IMG/VR virus record: IMGVR_UViG_3300036760_001167
Span: 42,511-106,510 of that record
Strand: one strand, 5' to 3'
Source of the DNA: a virus
Length of the DNA stretch: 64,000 bases
The position numbers and the translations under genes were made by a program. Of this stretch, positions 1 through 9,043 are shown in pieces (the stretch's first letter is position 1; each line of letters begins with the position of its first letter). The notes beneath the pieces were generated by a model, which saw nothing but the letters and a program-made list of their open reading frames with translations, was not told the origin of the DNA and made no database searches.

Positions 1-16
1 CACTCCGTCCACGCAT

Positions 17-920
17 GCTGCTCCGGCCTCACCCTTGCGGGCGGTGGTGCTGCGGCGCCCCGCTGGCGGCGGGCGGGTTGCGGGATCGGCCCGCCAAGTT
101 GTGCCCGCTGCCAGCGGGGCGCCGCAGGTTCCTAGCGGCGCCTTACTCCGCCAGCCGGGCGGCGGCGGGCGACGTGTCCTCCGGCCCGCCAGCTCCCCGA
201 AGGTCGCGATTACGCGGGGCGGTCGACTTCGCTGCCACACCGCCCGGATTCGGGCGGAGGTTCTGGCGGGACCGAGGGACGGCGGGCGGGTGCTACCGTC
301 CGCAGCGGCGTCGGCTCTTGCGACTCTCAGGGTTCGTCTGGGCATCTAGGATCTCGCGTTCCCGCGTCGCCGCGGGGCAGCACGTCCACAGCGTGCGCCG
401 CTTCACCAAGAGGGGAAACTATTCCGCCCAACCTGGGTCGGGAGTCTATCCGAGGCTTTACGACGACCTCGGTCCCGTTTCGCCGGACTTCACTTGACCG
501 GCTTCGAGAGCGGCGGAGGTTCCCGGCGTACGGAGAACATCTCCCGCCGAACTACCTCGCGCTCGCTCTCGGAGCCGTTCAGGCTCCGTGCGGCCGATCG
601 CTTGACCGGCTTCGAGAGCGGACCCGTGTGCCCACGTCCCTGGGGCTGCGCTCTCGCGCTCCCTGGGTTCCGGCTGGCCCAGCGCCTCTCGGCGCGCTGG
701 CGGTTCGGCCTGGCCTTGCACCTCTGGTCTCGCTCTCGGAGCCGTTCAGGCTCCGTGTCTTGGCGCTCGGCGGGGAGTACGATGCCCCGGAACTCAGGGG
801 GAATCCGGTCAGGCCCTGAGGGCCGCCGCGTACCTCCTGGAACCGCGGGCCCACTTCGCCCGCCGAGCCGGATCTGCTTCTGCCGCTCTGGCTTCCACGC
901 TCCGGTCTGTTCGCCTTACA
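17..920 (-). ncRNA. Putative large structured non-coding RNA (~900 nt) downstream of terminase large subunit
   Basis: No ORF with the phage codon bias. Promoter-like GCCGATAAT at 934-926. Many minus-strand hairpins with GNRA loops (GAGA, GCGA, GCAA), long-range 10-bp stems and an 18-bp perfect stem at 50-127. Confidence 0.55.
493..757. repeat. Two copies of a two-part repeat cassette (A at 493-513 and 601-621; B at 562-590 and 729-757); A is an imperfect inverse of B
   Basis: A = CTTGACCGGCTTCGAGAGCGG, exact twice. B = CTCGCTCTCGGAGCCGTTCAGGCTCCGTG, exact twice. Confidence 0.9.
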
Positions 921-925
921 TCATC

Positions 926-1021
926 ATTATCGGCAGCCGTGCCCCCGCAGCGTACCGGCCGAAGGGCCCGAGATCGCCTGGGCGTCGGCCTAGGCCGGAG
1001 GTCTAGTGTGGCGCGTACTAG
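926..1021 (-). promoter_or_regulatory. Conserved promoter cassette (-10 GATAAT with upstream CCTAGG and CTAGT-N9-ACTAG palindrome)
   Basis: ATTATCGGC recurs at 46483, 49190 and 51988. GGTCTAGTGTGGCGCRTACTAG is shared with 46557-46578. Confidence 0.65.
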
Positions 1022-2796
1022 ATCCTGATGCGCTGGCCCGGCTTCTTGGGCGCGGGCTTCTTCGCGCGGCGCCGCTCGTCGGCCTCGCGGCGGAGCCGGC
1101 GCGCGTAGGACTCCTGCGGCTCCGCGGGCTTCGGCTTCCGCTCGGGCCGCGGCGGCGCGGGCTGCTCCGCGGGCTCCGGCTGCGCGTCCTCGCCGGGCTT
1201 CGGGTCCGTCTCGCGCGCGTACGCGCTCCTCTTCTTGGGCTTCGCGCCCGCGGCGATCGCGTCGCCGCGCGCCTCCCACGACAGCGCGCCGGCCGCGGCG
1301 GCGTCGATCTTGTTCGGGGACATCGGCGCCTCCTTCGAGATCGTCCAGAGCTGCCGGCCCTCGTCGTCGTACGAGGCGATCGGCTTCCTCCGCGTGTTCT
1401 CGACGTGCCGCGCCATCACCTCGTCGCCGTCGTGCGTGACGTCGCCGGCCTTGATCGACGCGGCGTACTTGCGGACCATGATCGCGGCCTGCTTCGGCCG
1501 GGACATCAGCCACGCGACCACGACCTTGTCGCCGTACTTCCCCTGCCACCTGTCGAGCAGCGCCTCGATGTTCGCGTACTGCGAGCCGGGGTCGACGTAG
1601 ACGCGCCAGACCGACCAGGTCTCCATCGCCTCGGAGAGCGTGCCGTCGACCTCGTCGAAGTCGTGCTCGTAGTCGTCGTTCGCGGTCTCCGGCTTGGTCC
1701 AGATCCCGAGCGGCCACTGCCAGCCCGAGTCGACCTCGGTGGCGACCATCGCGAGCGCGTCCTCGTAGCGGGCGCCGTCGACGCCGACCGTGACCAGCGA
1801 GCCGGGCTTCGGCTGCTCCCGCTCCCTCTTGAGCTTGCGCCAGCGCTCCCCGTCGAACGCGCGGTCCTCGCCGGGCACCACGCGGTTGAGGAAGTAGCGC
1901 TCCGCCTGCGCGAGCTCGCCGCGCTTGAGGAGGTCGTCGATCTCGGACGAGATCCGCTCGGTGTCGACCCACCAGCTCGAGCCGTACAGGTTCCTGAGGA
2001 CGCGCATGCGCTCGCGCTTGTTCTTGATGGAGCCGCGGCCGCCCTTGCCCATCATCCTGAAGACGCCGACGCCGGACTCGTGGGTCGCCTGCGCGACGCT
2101 CTGCTCGCTCGGGTCCCACGCGTTGCCGGTCTCGAGGAAGCGGCCGCCCATGCCGGCCAGGTTGCGGCGCTGCGTGTCGGCGAGCTTGCGGCCGCCGTTG
2201 CGCTTGGTCCAGTCGTGCGCCTCGTCCTCGACCGCGAACGTGATCCGCTGCCCGAGCCGGCTCCGGGCGCTCGCGGTGACGGGCTCGATCTTGCCGCCGT
2301 TCGGGAGGTTGATCCTGGTCTCCCCGGTGTCCGGGATCTCCGCCTTGAGGTTGCCGAGCTCGATCATCGGCACCAGCGATCGCCAGACGTTGGCCGTCTG
2401 GTCCTCCGAGACCGCCGTGACCTGGATCCACGGCGTCGCCCACGGCCGGCCGACCGGCTCGCCGTCCGCGTCCCACCCGTCGAACAGCACGGGGCCGAAG
2501 GACTCGACGATGATCATGGCCGCGGCGAAGGGCCCCTTGCCGAGCTTCTGCGGCTCGACGATCTGGCCGCCGCGGTTGTAGCGGAACGCGCCGCTCGGCT
2601 TGGTCAGGTCCTTGACCGCGTCCGGCTTCAGCTCGTAGAAGTTGAGGACGAACTCCTGCTGCCAGTCCGACAGCAGGAACGGCTCGCCCGCGAACTCGCC
2701 GTCGGGGATGACGCACAGGTCCTGGATCGCGTCGAGCACTGCCCACCCGAGCGTCGGCAGCTCGCCCTCCGTGCGCGGCCCGCGCCAGCCCGTCAC
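1018..2796 (-). CDS. terL: Terminase large subunit
   Basis: TLGW N-terminus, Walker A PQKLGKGP, Walker B EDEAH, nuclease motifs GVDG and KIDAA; 592 aa. Confidence 0.93.
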   Translation of the reverse strand: MTGWRGPRTEGELPTLGWAVLDAIQDLCVIPDGEFAGEPFLLSDWQQEFVLNFYELKPDAVKDLTKPSGAFRYNRGGQIVEPQKLGKGPFAAAMIIVESFGPVLFDGWDADGEPVGRPWATPWIQVTAVSEDQTANVWRSLVPMIELGNLKAEIPDTGETRINLPNGGKIEPVTASARSRLGQRITFAVEDEAHDWTKRNGGRKLADTQRRNLAGMGGRFLETGNAWDPSEQSVAQATHESGVGVFRMMGKGGRGSIKNKRERMRVLRNLYGSSWWVDTERISSEIDDLLKRGELAQAERYFLNRVVPGEDRAFDGERWRKLKREREQPKPGSLVTVGVDGARYEDALAMVATEVDSGWQWPLGIWTKPETANDDYEHDFDEVDGTLSEAMETWSVWRVYVDPGSQYANIEALLDRWQGKYGDKVVVAWLMSRPKQAAIMVRKYAASIKAGDVTHDGDEVMARHVENTRRKPIASYDDEGRQLWTISKEAPMSPNKIDAAAAGALSWEARGDAIAAGAKPKKRSAYARETDPKPGEDAQPEPAEQPAPPRPERKPKPAEPQESYARRLRREADERRRAKKPAPKKPGQRIRI

Positions 2797-3236
2797 AGCC
2801 GGCCCACCCGCTCGAGCTCGTCCTTGGCGGCGAGCACCCTCTTCGCCTGCTCCTCGGACCCGCCCTCGTGGTCGGGGTGCGCGGCCTTGATCGCGGCCCT
2901 GAACGCAGCCCGCGCGTCCTCCACCGACGCGTCGGGGCCGATCCCGAGCACCCGGAGGGCCGCCTCGAGCTTCTGGTTGGCGAAGTTGAACCCGCTGACC
3001 CGCCCGAAGCCCTCCGCGGCGTCGGCCCTGTCCTGCGCCTCCGTCCGCCCGCGCTCGTCGCCGACGAAGACCCGCTCGCCGCGCGCGTAGGCGTCGCGCT
3101 GCTCAGCCCGCATGCGCGTGTGGGGCCCGGGGAAGTGCCAGTCCCGGCAGTCGCCGCACCAGGGGATCTCGGTCTTGGTCCCGTAGCGCTCGTTGAAGAT
3201 GTCGGCCGCGCTGCGCTTCGCCGGGCGTCCGCTCAC
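2793..3236 (-). CDS. J-domain (DnaJ-like) protein with N-terminal CxxC
   Basis: ALRVLGI...ARAAFRAAIKAAHPDHEGG with HPD motif. GTGA-coupled to both terS and terL. Confidence 0.8.
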   Translation of the reverse strand: MSGRPAKRSAADIFNERYGTKTEIPWCGDCRDWHFPGPHTRMRAEQRDAYARGERVFVGDERGRTEAQDRADAAEGFGRVSGFNFANQKLEAALRVLGIGPDASVEDARAAFRAAIKAAHPDHEGGSEEQAKRVLAAKDELERVGRL

Positions 3237-3667
3237 GACTGCACCCTCGGGACGTGGACCCGCGCCGGGCCCTTCGCCCTCGGCGCCGGCTCCTCCTCCT
3301 CCTCGATCGGCTCGTCCGTCTCCCAGCGCAGCTTCATCATCGCCATGGGCGTGAGGCCCAGCCGGTCCTCGAGCTGGCGCGCCTCGGCGCGGAGCTGCGG
3401 GTTCGCGTTCGACTGCTCGGACTCGACCAGGATCCGGACGTAGCGCGCGACCACCCGCACCCAGCCCAGCCGCTCCCACTCGCTCGCCTGGGGCGTCGCC
3501 CAGAGCTCCGACCAGACCGTCGCCTCCTCGATCGCCCCGATCAGTGGCTCGTCCAGCGGGAACGCGGGCGGCGGGCCCTTCCGGCCCTCGTACGGGAGCT
3601 GCCTGAACCCCGCGGTCGCCCTCCGGCGCCGGGTGAGCTCCGGGTCCTTCTTCGGGGGTCCGGGCAT
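3233..3667 (-). CDS. terS: Terminase small subunit
   Basis: Actinophage-type motifs MPGPPKK, WSELWATPQASEW, AEARQLEDRLGLTP; upstream of terL. Confidence 0.85.
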   Translation of the reverse strand: MPGPPKKDPELTRRRRATAGFRQLPYEGRKGPPPAFPLDEPLIGAIEEATVWSELWATPQASEWERLGWVRVVARYVRILVESEQSNANPQLRAEARQLEDRLGLTPMAMMKLRWETDEPIEEEEEPAPRAKGPARVHVPRVQS

Positions 3668-3670
3668 CGG

Positions 3671-3970
3671 TCACAGCACCTCCCGGAGCCGGTCCGCGAT
3701 GTGCTGCGCCGTCGGGTCGCCCGCCGCCGCCTGCGCCCGCAGGATCGGCTCCGCCATGCGGAGGAGCTCCCTCGCCCGGCGCGCCTTGCGGACCTCGTCC
3801 CAGCGCTTGTGCTGCGTCGCGCTGATCTTGCCGGCGCGGTCGAGCGGCGCCGGCCGATCGCCCGAGCCTGAGCTCGCCGGCGGGTGATCCTCGGCCTGGC
3901 CATCCTGGGCTAGGTCGACCGGCCTAGGCTGCGCGCGGCCGGCCTGGCGCTGCCTGCGGGACCGTCCCAT
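3671..3970 (-). CDS. Hypothetical protein, probable leaderless first gene of packaging operon
   Basis: ATG lies 6 nt after GTAAGAT -10-like element (3983-3977). Confidence 0.5.
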   Translation of the reverse strand: MGRSRRQRQAGRAQPRPVDLAQDGQAEDHPPASSGSGDRPAPLDRAGKISATQHKRWDEVRKARRARELLRMAEPILRAQAAAGDPTAQHIADRLREVL

Positions 3971-3974
3971 GTAG

Positions 3975-4520
3975 CTATCTTACACCGAGTAACTCCCGGC
4001 CGGATCCCGTTCACAGGGGCTCGGGCCTACTACGCCGGTCGGTCGGTGAAAGACAGGTCTTTGCCAAGCCCCGCCCTCCATTCGGACGGTGACCTTCACC
4101 CAAGGACCTAGGCCGCGGCCTCAGCGACTACAGACCTAGGTCCTATCAGGCCGCGCATCGGACCTAGAAGACGTAGCTCAACGTGACGCCCGCCCGATGT
4201 GACTAGACCGATATGGCCACGGGCCCTGTGGCCTAGGGCGGCCGATCGGGCCGGCACGATCGGGCAGCCTAGGCCGTGTTGCGATCCGCGATCGCCCAAG
4301 GGCCTAGGCCGTCGACGCCCTGCGCGACGATCGGGCGGCCTACGCCCGGCGAGATCGAAGGGCCTAGGCCGCTCCCGTCTCTGGCGACTTTCCGCAGGCT
4401 AGGCCTTGCGGTCTTGCGGCGAGATCGAAGGGCCTAGGCCGGCGACTTTCGGGCCGGCGACTTCCGGCCTGTTAGGCCCGGCGACTTTCCGGCCGATAGC
4501 TGGCGACTTTCCGGGACCAT
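3975..4520. repeat. Candidate genome-end/packaging (cos-like) region with short repeats
   Basis: Lies between HNH/MTase and terS. Five GGCGACTT copies at 4383-4510, GCGAGATCGAAGGGCCTAGGCC twice, and about a dozen CTAG in 3900-4440. Confidence 0.55.
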
Positions 4521-5024
4521 GACCTGCCAGCGCCCGGGCAGCGGCTCCGGGTCGCCTGGCCGCATCACGACGATCGCGGGCGCGAACGGCGCCTGCACAC
4601 GCCCGCCGTCGAAGCGGATCCGGCCGCGGACCAGCCTCACCTCCGAGCCCGCGCAGCTCGCCTGCCACCACCGCGTCTCGGTGCGCGCGGGGAGCAGGCA
4701 GACGACCACGATCCCGCCGCGCGCCTCGAGCCTCGCGCGCGCGACGAAGTCCGGGGTGTGCTTGGAGTAGGGCGGGTTCAGGAAGGCGGCCTGCCCGCGC
4801 CTGGCCCAGCGGCCCGGCGAGAGCGCGTCGGCCATGAAGCCGCCGGGCCCGATCCACCGGGCGGCCTTGTGGTTGGCCTCGTTCGCGGCCGCGTCTACGG
4901 CGAAGCGGAACTCCCGGTCCAGCTCGTCGTAGAGCTCCCGCGGGGTCCCGTAGTCCGTCTTAGCCGCGGCGGTCGCCGGGTTCGCCCCGCCGAACGTCGT
5001 CGCGCTACCCCGGCCTCCTGCCAC
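4434..5024 (-). CDS. Phage DNA N6-adenine methyltransferase (Dam-like, PF05869-type)
   Basis: YGTP...LDREFRFAVDAAA, FLNPPYS, LLPARTETRWW, GRIRF. Confidence 0.88.
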   Translation of the reverse strand: MAGGRGSATTFGGANPATAAAKTDYGTPRELYDELDREFRFAVDAAANEANHKAARWIGPGGFMADALSPGRWARRGQAAFLNPPYSKHTPDFVARARLEARGGIVVVCLLPARTETRWWQASCAGSEVRLVRGRIRFDGGRVQAPFAPAIVVMRPGDPEPLPGRWQVMVPESRQLSAGKSPGLTGRKSPARKSPA

Positions 5025-5391
5025 CCAGCACCTCCTTGGCCGTCTTCTCGGAGTGCGACCTCTTGCAGCGCCCCTCCACGGACTCGCGCGCGAACGGGTC
5101 GCCGCCCTCGGCGAGGATCTGCCGCAGCGGCGGCGTGTGGTCCAGGTCCGTCCACGGCGACCTGCAGCCGCACAGGCAGAACGGCTGCTCTCGCCTGACC
5201 CTCCGCCGAAGCGCCCGCCAGCGCGGCGAGTCGTAGACCCAGCGCCAGTCCGCGGACCGGCCCTTGTACCGCGAGTCCTGGGCGGCGTTGCGCTCCGCCT
5301 CGTGCTTCGGGCAGCGCTCCGTCCCGCCGGGAACCAGCTCCGGGCACCCGTCCTCGGCGCATACGTGCTGCCTGCGGCTCGCCCGGCTCAC
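5005..5391 (-). CDS. Terminase-associated HNH endonuclease
   Basis: C..DGCPELV...RCPKH, YDSPRWRALR, DLDH, CKRSHSEKT. Confidence 0.85.
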   Translation of the reverse strand: MSRASRRQHVCAEDGCPELVPGGTERCPKHEAERNAAQDSRYKGRSADWRWVYDSPRWRALRRRVRREQPFCLCGCRSPWTDLDHTPPLRQILAEGGDPFARESVEGRCKRSHSEKTAKEVLGGRRPG

Positions 5392-5606
5392 GTGATCATC
5401 GCCTTGGCCGCGCACGCGACGCAGAGCTCGCCGAGCCCCGGGTCGTGCTTGAGGTACGTCCCGAGCGGCATCGTGCCCGCGAACGCGGGGATCCCCCACC
5501 TGCCGCAGAGGGCGAACCAGACCCCGCGCGCGGCGCTCTGCTTGATGTGGCGCGGCCCGCCGTCCTCGATCATGAACGTCACCGCGGGTCTCCGCTCCGC
5601 GGTCAC
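5388..5606 (-). CDS. Small Cys/His hypothetical protein
   Basis: Coupled starts/stops, phage codon bias, ALCG...CVAC. Confidence 0.55.
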   Translation of the reverse strand: MTAERRPAVTFMIEDGGPRHIKQSAARGVWFALCGRWGIPAFAGTMPLGTYLKHDPGLGELCVACAAKAMIT

Positions 5607-5825
5607 CGGTCGACCCCCGCCCAAGCTGCCCAGATGAGGGCGCACCCGACGGCGAACACCCCGACGCACAGCACCGCGAGGAGCATCATCGGTCGAGCAT
5701 CCTGACCAGCCCCTCGCGCGCGAGCCGGCGCGCCTCGTCGACGGGCAGCGCGATCCACAGCGCGCGGTGCCGGCCCAGCTTCCACGAGACCGTGACGTAC
5801 CGGCGGCCGCAGTTCGGGCAGGTCC

Positions 5826-5972
5826 TCACGCGCGCCCGCAGTCGCAGCAGCCCTGCCGCGCGTGGACCGCGCAGTCGCCGCTCGTCGTGTGAGGGCCGGA
5901 GTTGTGCGCCGCGCAGTAGAGCCGCGACAGGCACGGGCACTCGGCGCAGGCGCAGTCCCCGCCGTCGCTCAC
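5826..5972 (-). CDS. 48-aa Cys-rich peptide
   Basis: 9 Cys and 3 His; GTGA-coupled on both sides. Confidence 0.5.
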   Translation of the reverse strand: MSDGGDCACAECPCLSRLYCAAHNSGPHTTSGDCAVHARQGCCDCGRA

Positions 5973-6871
5973 GGGCGAAGCACCGCCACGCACCAGCGGC
6001 CCGCGTGGACGTAGACCGTCGCCTTGACGCCGAACTGGCCGCTGTACCGCTCGCTCCAGAGCGGCCGCATCCGCGAGTGGTCGCGCAGCGCGAGGCCCCA
6101 GCCCAGGACGCGGAACCACCCCTCGCGATCGCCCCTGTACCAGCGGCCCGATAGCATCCGTGCAGTCGTCATCCCGGGTAGCTTCCCTCGCGCGCCGCGC
6201 AGCGCCTGCACGTGGCCGGGCTGGTGGTCGGGACGCCGCGGCCTCCGAGCCAGCGGCCCGGGTCGACCTCGCTGGTCCAGAAGGGCACGCCGCAGAGCGT
6301 GACCCACCGCGCGAGCGTCGACTCGCGGCGCACGTGGACCTTCCCCGTCCAGAGCTCTACCCTCACGCCGGCCTCCACTGCCTCGCCGCGAGCTCGGCCG
6401 CGGCCTTGTCGTACGCCTCGTTCAGCGTCGTCCCCCGGCGCTCCACGCCGCGGCCGCCGCACACCCAGCAGCTCCAGACGCCGGCCTCGTCGGACCACTC
6501 CACGCCGCAGGCGGGGCAGCAGAGCGTTGCCACGCGCTCACCTCCACCAGCAGCAGTCGCACCAGCGGGCCCGGCACCCGCACCGCGCGAGGCCGGCCGC
6601 GTGCCGGAGCCTGGACAGCAGGTGCCGCGCGCGCCTCGCGCGCGAGGAGCCGATCGCCCGGACCTCCCGCGCGTCCCGCAGCCCGTGGTACCGGCGGCCG
6701 GTCACGCGAGCCTCGCCTTCGCCGCGAGGTACTCCAGCGCCCCCGGCGCGTCCTCGCCGTACTCCTCGCGGAACAGCCCGGCGAGCAGGACCAGCGAGAA
6801 CCCGCCCGCTCCCGGCGACTCCCACAGGCGCACGAGCCGGCGGTCGCGGCGGCGGGCTAGCAGGCGGCGGA

Positions 6872-7210
6872 TCACTGGGCACGCGCCGATCGCGCGGTTC
6901 GGTCGCGGTGGTACGCGTCCATCTTCGCCTGGACCGTCGCCGGGTCGCCGTGAAGGAACTCGGCGAGGCCGACCGGCTCGAGCGCGTCGGCGCGCAGGCC
7001 GCGCGCGAGCTCCGCGAGCTCCTGCGCGTACCGGAACCCGAGCTGCGCGAGCGTCAAGGCGCCGAGCTTCGCGCGGAGCGAGGCGACCTCGGTCTTCGTC
7101 GTCTTGAGCGAGGTCCCGCGGCGGTCCGCGACCTCCCGCATGCGCATCCCCGCGCAGAGCATGCGCGCCACCTCGTGCTCCGAGCGGGAGATCGGGCCGA
7201 ACGTGCTCAC
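6872..7210 (-). CDS. LuxR/GerE-type HTH protein
   Basis: ISRSEHEVARMLCAGMRMREVADRRGTSLKTTKTEVASLRAKLG. Confidence 0.8.
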   Translation of the reverse strand: MSTFGPISRSEHEVARMLCAGMRMREVADRRGTSLKTTKTEVASLRAKLGALTLAQLGFRYAQELAELARGLRADALEPVGLAEFLHGDPATVQAKMDAYHRDRTARSARAQ

Positions 7211-7516
7211 CTCTTCCCCCGCCACATCTCGGCGAGCACGCGGAGGAACAGCGCCATGGAGATCAGCACCAGGCCGACCGCGCCGACGTGCTCCAAGTGC
7301 AGGAACTGAAGGACGTCCTGGTGCGTCATCGTCAGACCTCCTCCATGTCCAGCCGGAGCCGCGCGATCGCCGCCTGCTCGTTCGACATCTCGCTCGCGTC
7401 GCGCGCCGCGAGGAAGGACCCGATGTCCGCCTCGAGCTGCAGGACGCGGCGCTCGCACGCGCGGGCCCGGATCCTGCAGAGGACCAGCCTCTGCACGAGC
7501 GCGGCCTTGGGCGAGA

Positions 7517-8170
7517 TCATGCGGACGCCAGCCGCGCGGGCCGGAGCGCGTCGGCCGCGCGCCGCGGCGCCCTGCGGAGCCACGCGCGCAGCCTGTGCGG
7601 CCACGTCCTGAGCCTGACGACCGCGAACGCCTCGGGCCTGTAGACCGAGACGGCCGCCTGCTGCTGGACCCTGATCGCGGTCAGCGGCCTGGCGAAGAAC
7701 TCGTCGCCGACCGACTCGCCGACGTCGACCGCGGGCGTGCCCTGGAGCCAGAGCTGGGCGGCCTGCCCGAACGCGCCCACGACCGCCTGGTCGCCGCGCG
7801 TCCTGGCCGTGCCCACCGCGAGCTGGGTCCGGCGCTCGACGCGGCGGGCGCAGCGTCGGATGGCCCGCTCGTTGGTCTCCAGCGGCCGGACGCGGCGGCG
7901 CTCGGCGCCGGAGTCCTCGATCCTGCGCGCGACGAAGCCGCCCAGCGCGTTCTGGAACAGCGGCAGCGCGCGGGCCTGCACGTACGCCGTGACCGCCGGC
8001 CCGTCACCGGCCATGTCCGCCGTGATCGGCAGGAGCATCGCGACCCGCTCCACGTCCGTGTCCACGACGTCGAAGTCGAACTCGCCGCCGCGCCTCTTCC
8101 GCTCGGCGATGTACCTGACCCTGTTCGACCTGACCTCGCCGACCGCCACCATCTCCTGGATGCCGCTCAT
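7517..8170 (-). CDS. Internally deleted HK97-fold major-capsid-protein homolog (mini-capsid)
   Basis: Collinear matches to recalled HK97 gp5 motifs, including C-terminal AVVGAFGQAAQLW...DEF...AIRVQQQAAVSVYRPEAF. Confidence 0.75.
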   Translation of the reverse strand: MSGIQEMVAVGEVRSNRVRYIAERKRRGGEFDFDVVDTDVERVAMLLPITADMAGDGPAVTAYVQARALPLFQNALGGFVARRIEDSGAERRRVRPLETNERAIRRCARRVERRTQLAVGTARTRGDQAVVGAFGQAAQLWLQGTPAVDVGESVGDEFFARPLTAIRVQQQAAVSVYRPEAFAVVRLRTWPHRLRAWLRRAPRRAADALRPARLASA

Positions 8171-8333
8171 CGTGCCCCCTTCGCCTCGAGCTCCGCGATC
8201 TCCAGCATGAGCCGCGCGAGCGCGTCCCTGTCCCCGCCGGCCGCCTTGCACGTGTCGCAGCCCGCCTCGTGCTCGGGCGTGCCCTCGCGCGAGAGCGCGA
8301 CGGACGCGATCGACTCCATCAGCAGGAACGGGT

Positions 8334-8534
8334 TCACTCGCCCGCCGCCCACGCCGCGGCCAGCTGGGCCAGCGTCCTCGCGCCCGCCTTGCGCATCGCG
8401 CAGCCGGCCTGGTACTTGACGGTCTTGTCCGACGTCCCCCGCTCCTCCGCGATCTCCGCGTACCGCTTGCCGTCGCAGAGCGCGCGGACGACCTCCTCCT
8501 CCGCCCGCGTCAGGCCCCAGTCCTCGCGGCTCAC
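8334..8534 (-). CDS. Stand-alone LuxR-type HTH protein
   Basis: LTRAEEEVVRALCDGKRYAEIAEERGTSDKTVKYQAGCAMRKAG. Confidence 0.82.
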   Translation of the reverse strand: MSREDWGLTRAEEEVVRALCDGKRYAEIAEERGTSDKTVKYQAGCAMRKAGARTLAQLAAAWAAGE

Positions 8535-9043
8535 CGCGGCACCACCCTCAGCCGCAGCCGCGCCCGCCTGGCCGGCTCGCACGGGCCGTCGCAGTGGTAC
8601 ACGCCGGGCGCGACCACCATCAGCGACCACCTCGAGCGGCACTGCCAGCAGCGGACGCCCCTCTCGGTCCGCCACCCGCCCTCGAACTCGCTGGCGGCAA
8701 GCCCGCCGAACCGCACGGCCCTCACCCCGCCCTCGCCGTCCGGCCCTCGCCGTTCCAGGCGACGGCCATCTCCCTGTGGCCGCAGCCGCAGCAGACGCGG
8801 AACAGCGCGCCGACGGTCAGCCCGAGCAGCGTCCGGCGGAGACACATGCAGTGCTCGTGCCTCACGCGACCCGCTCGAGCTCGACCCAGCTCCGGGTGTT
8901 CATCTCGCCCAGCGCCGGGTGGCTGGTGAAGACGTGCTCGAGCGTCTCGACCGCCGTGTGCGTCGGCACCGCGTGGTCGTAGAACGGCGAGCGCCGCTCC
9001 TGGCCGTTCTCCTTGCGGCACACGTAGACGTTCCACACGTGCC

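Noticed and set aside
493-757. CRISPR array
   Set aside because: Only two copies each of two alternating repeats, very unequal spacers, and no cas operon in the window.
17-920. Group I or group II intron
   Set aside because: No recognisable group II domain V or group I P7 core. terL ends with its own stop, and the region has its own promoter.
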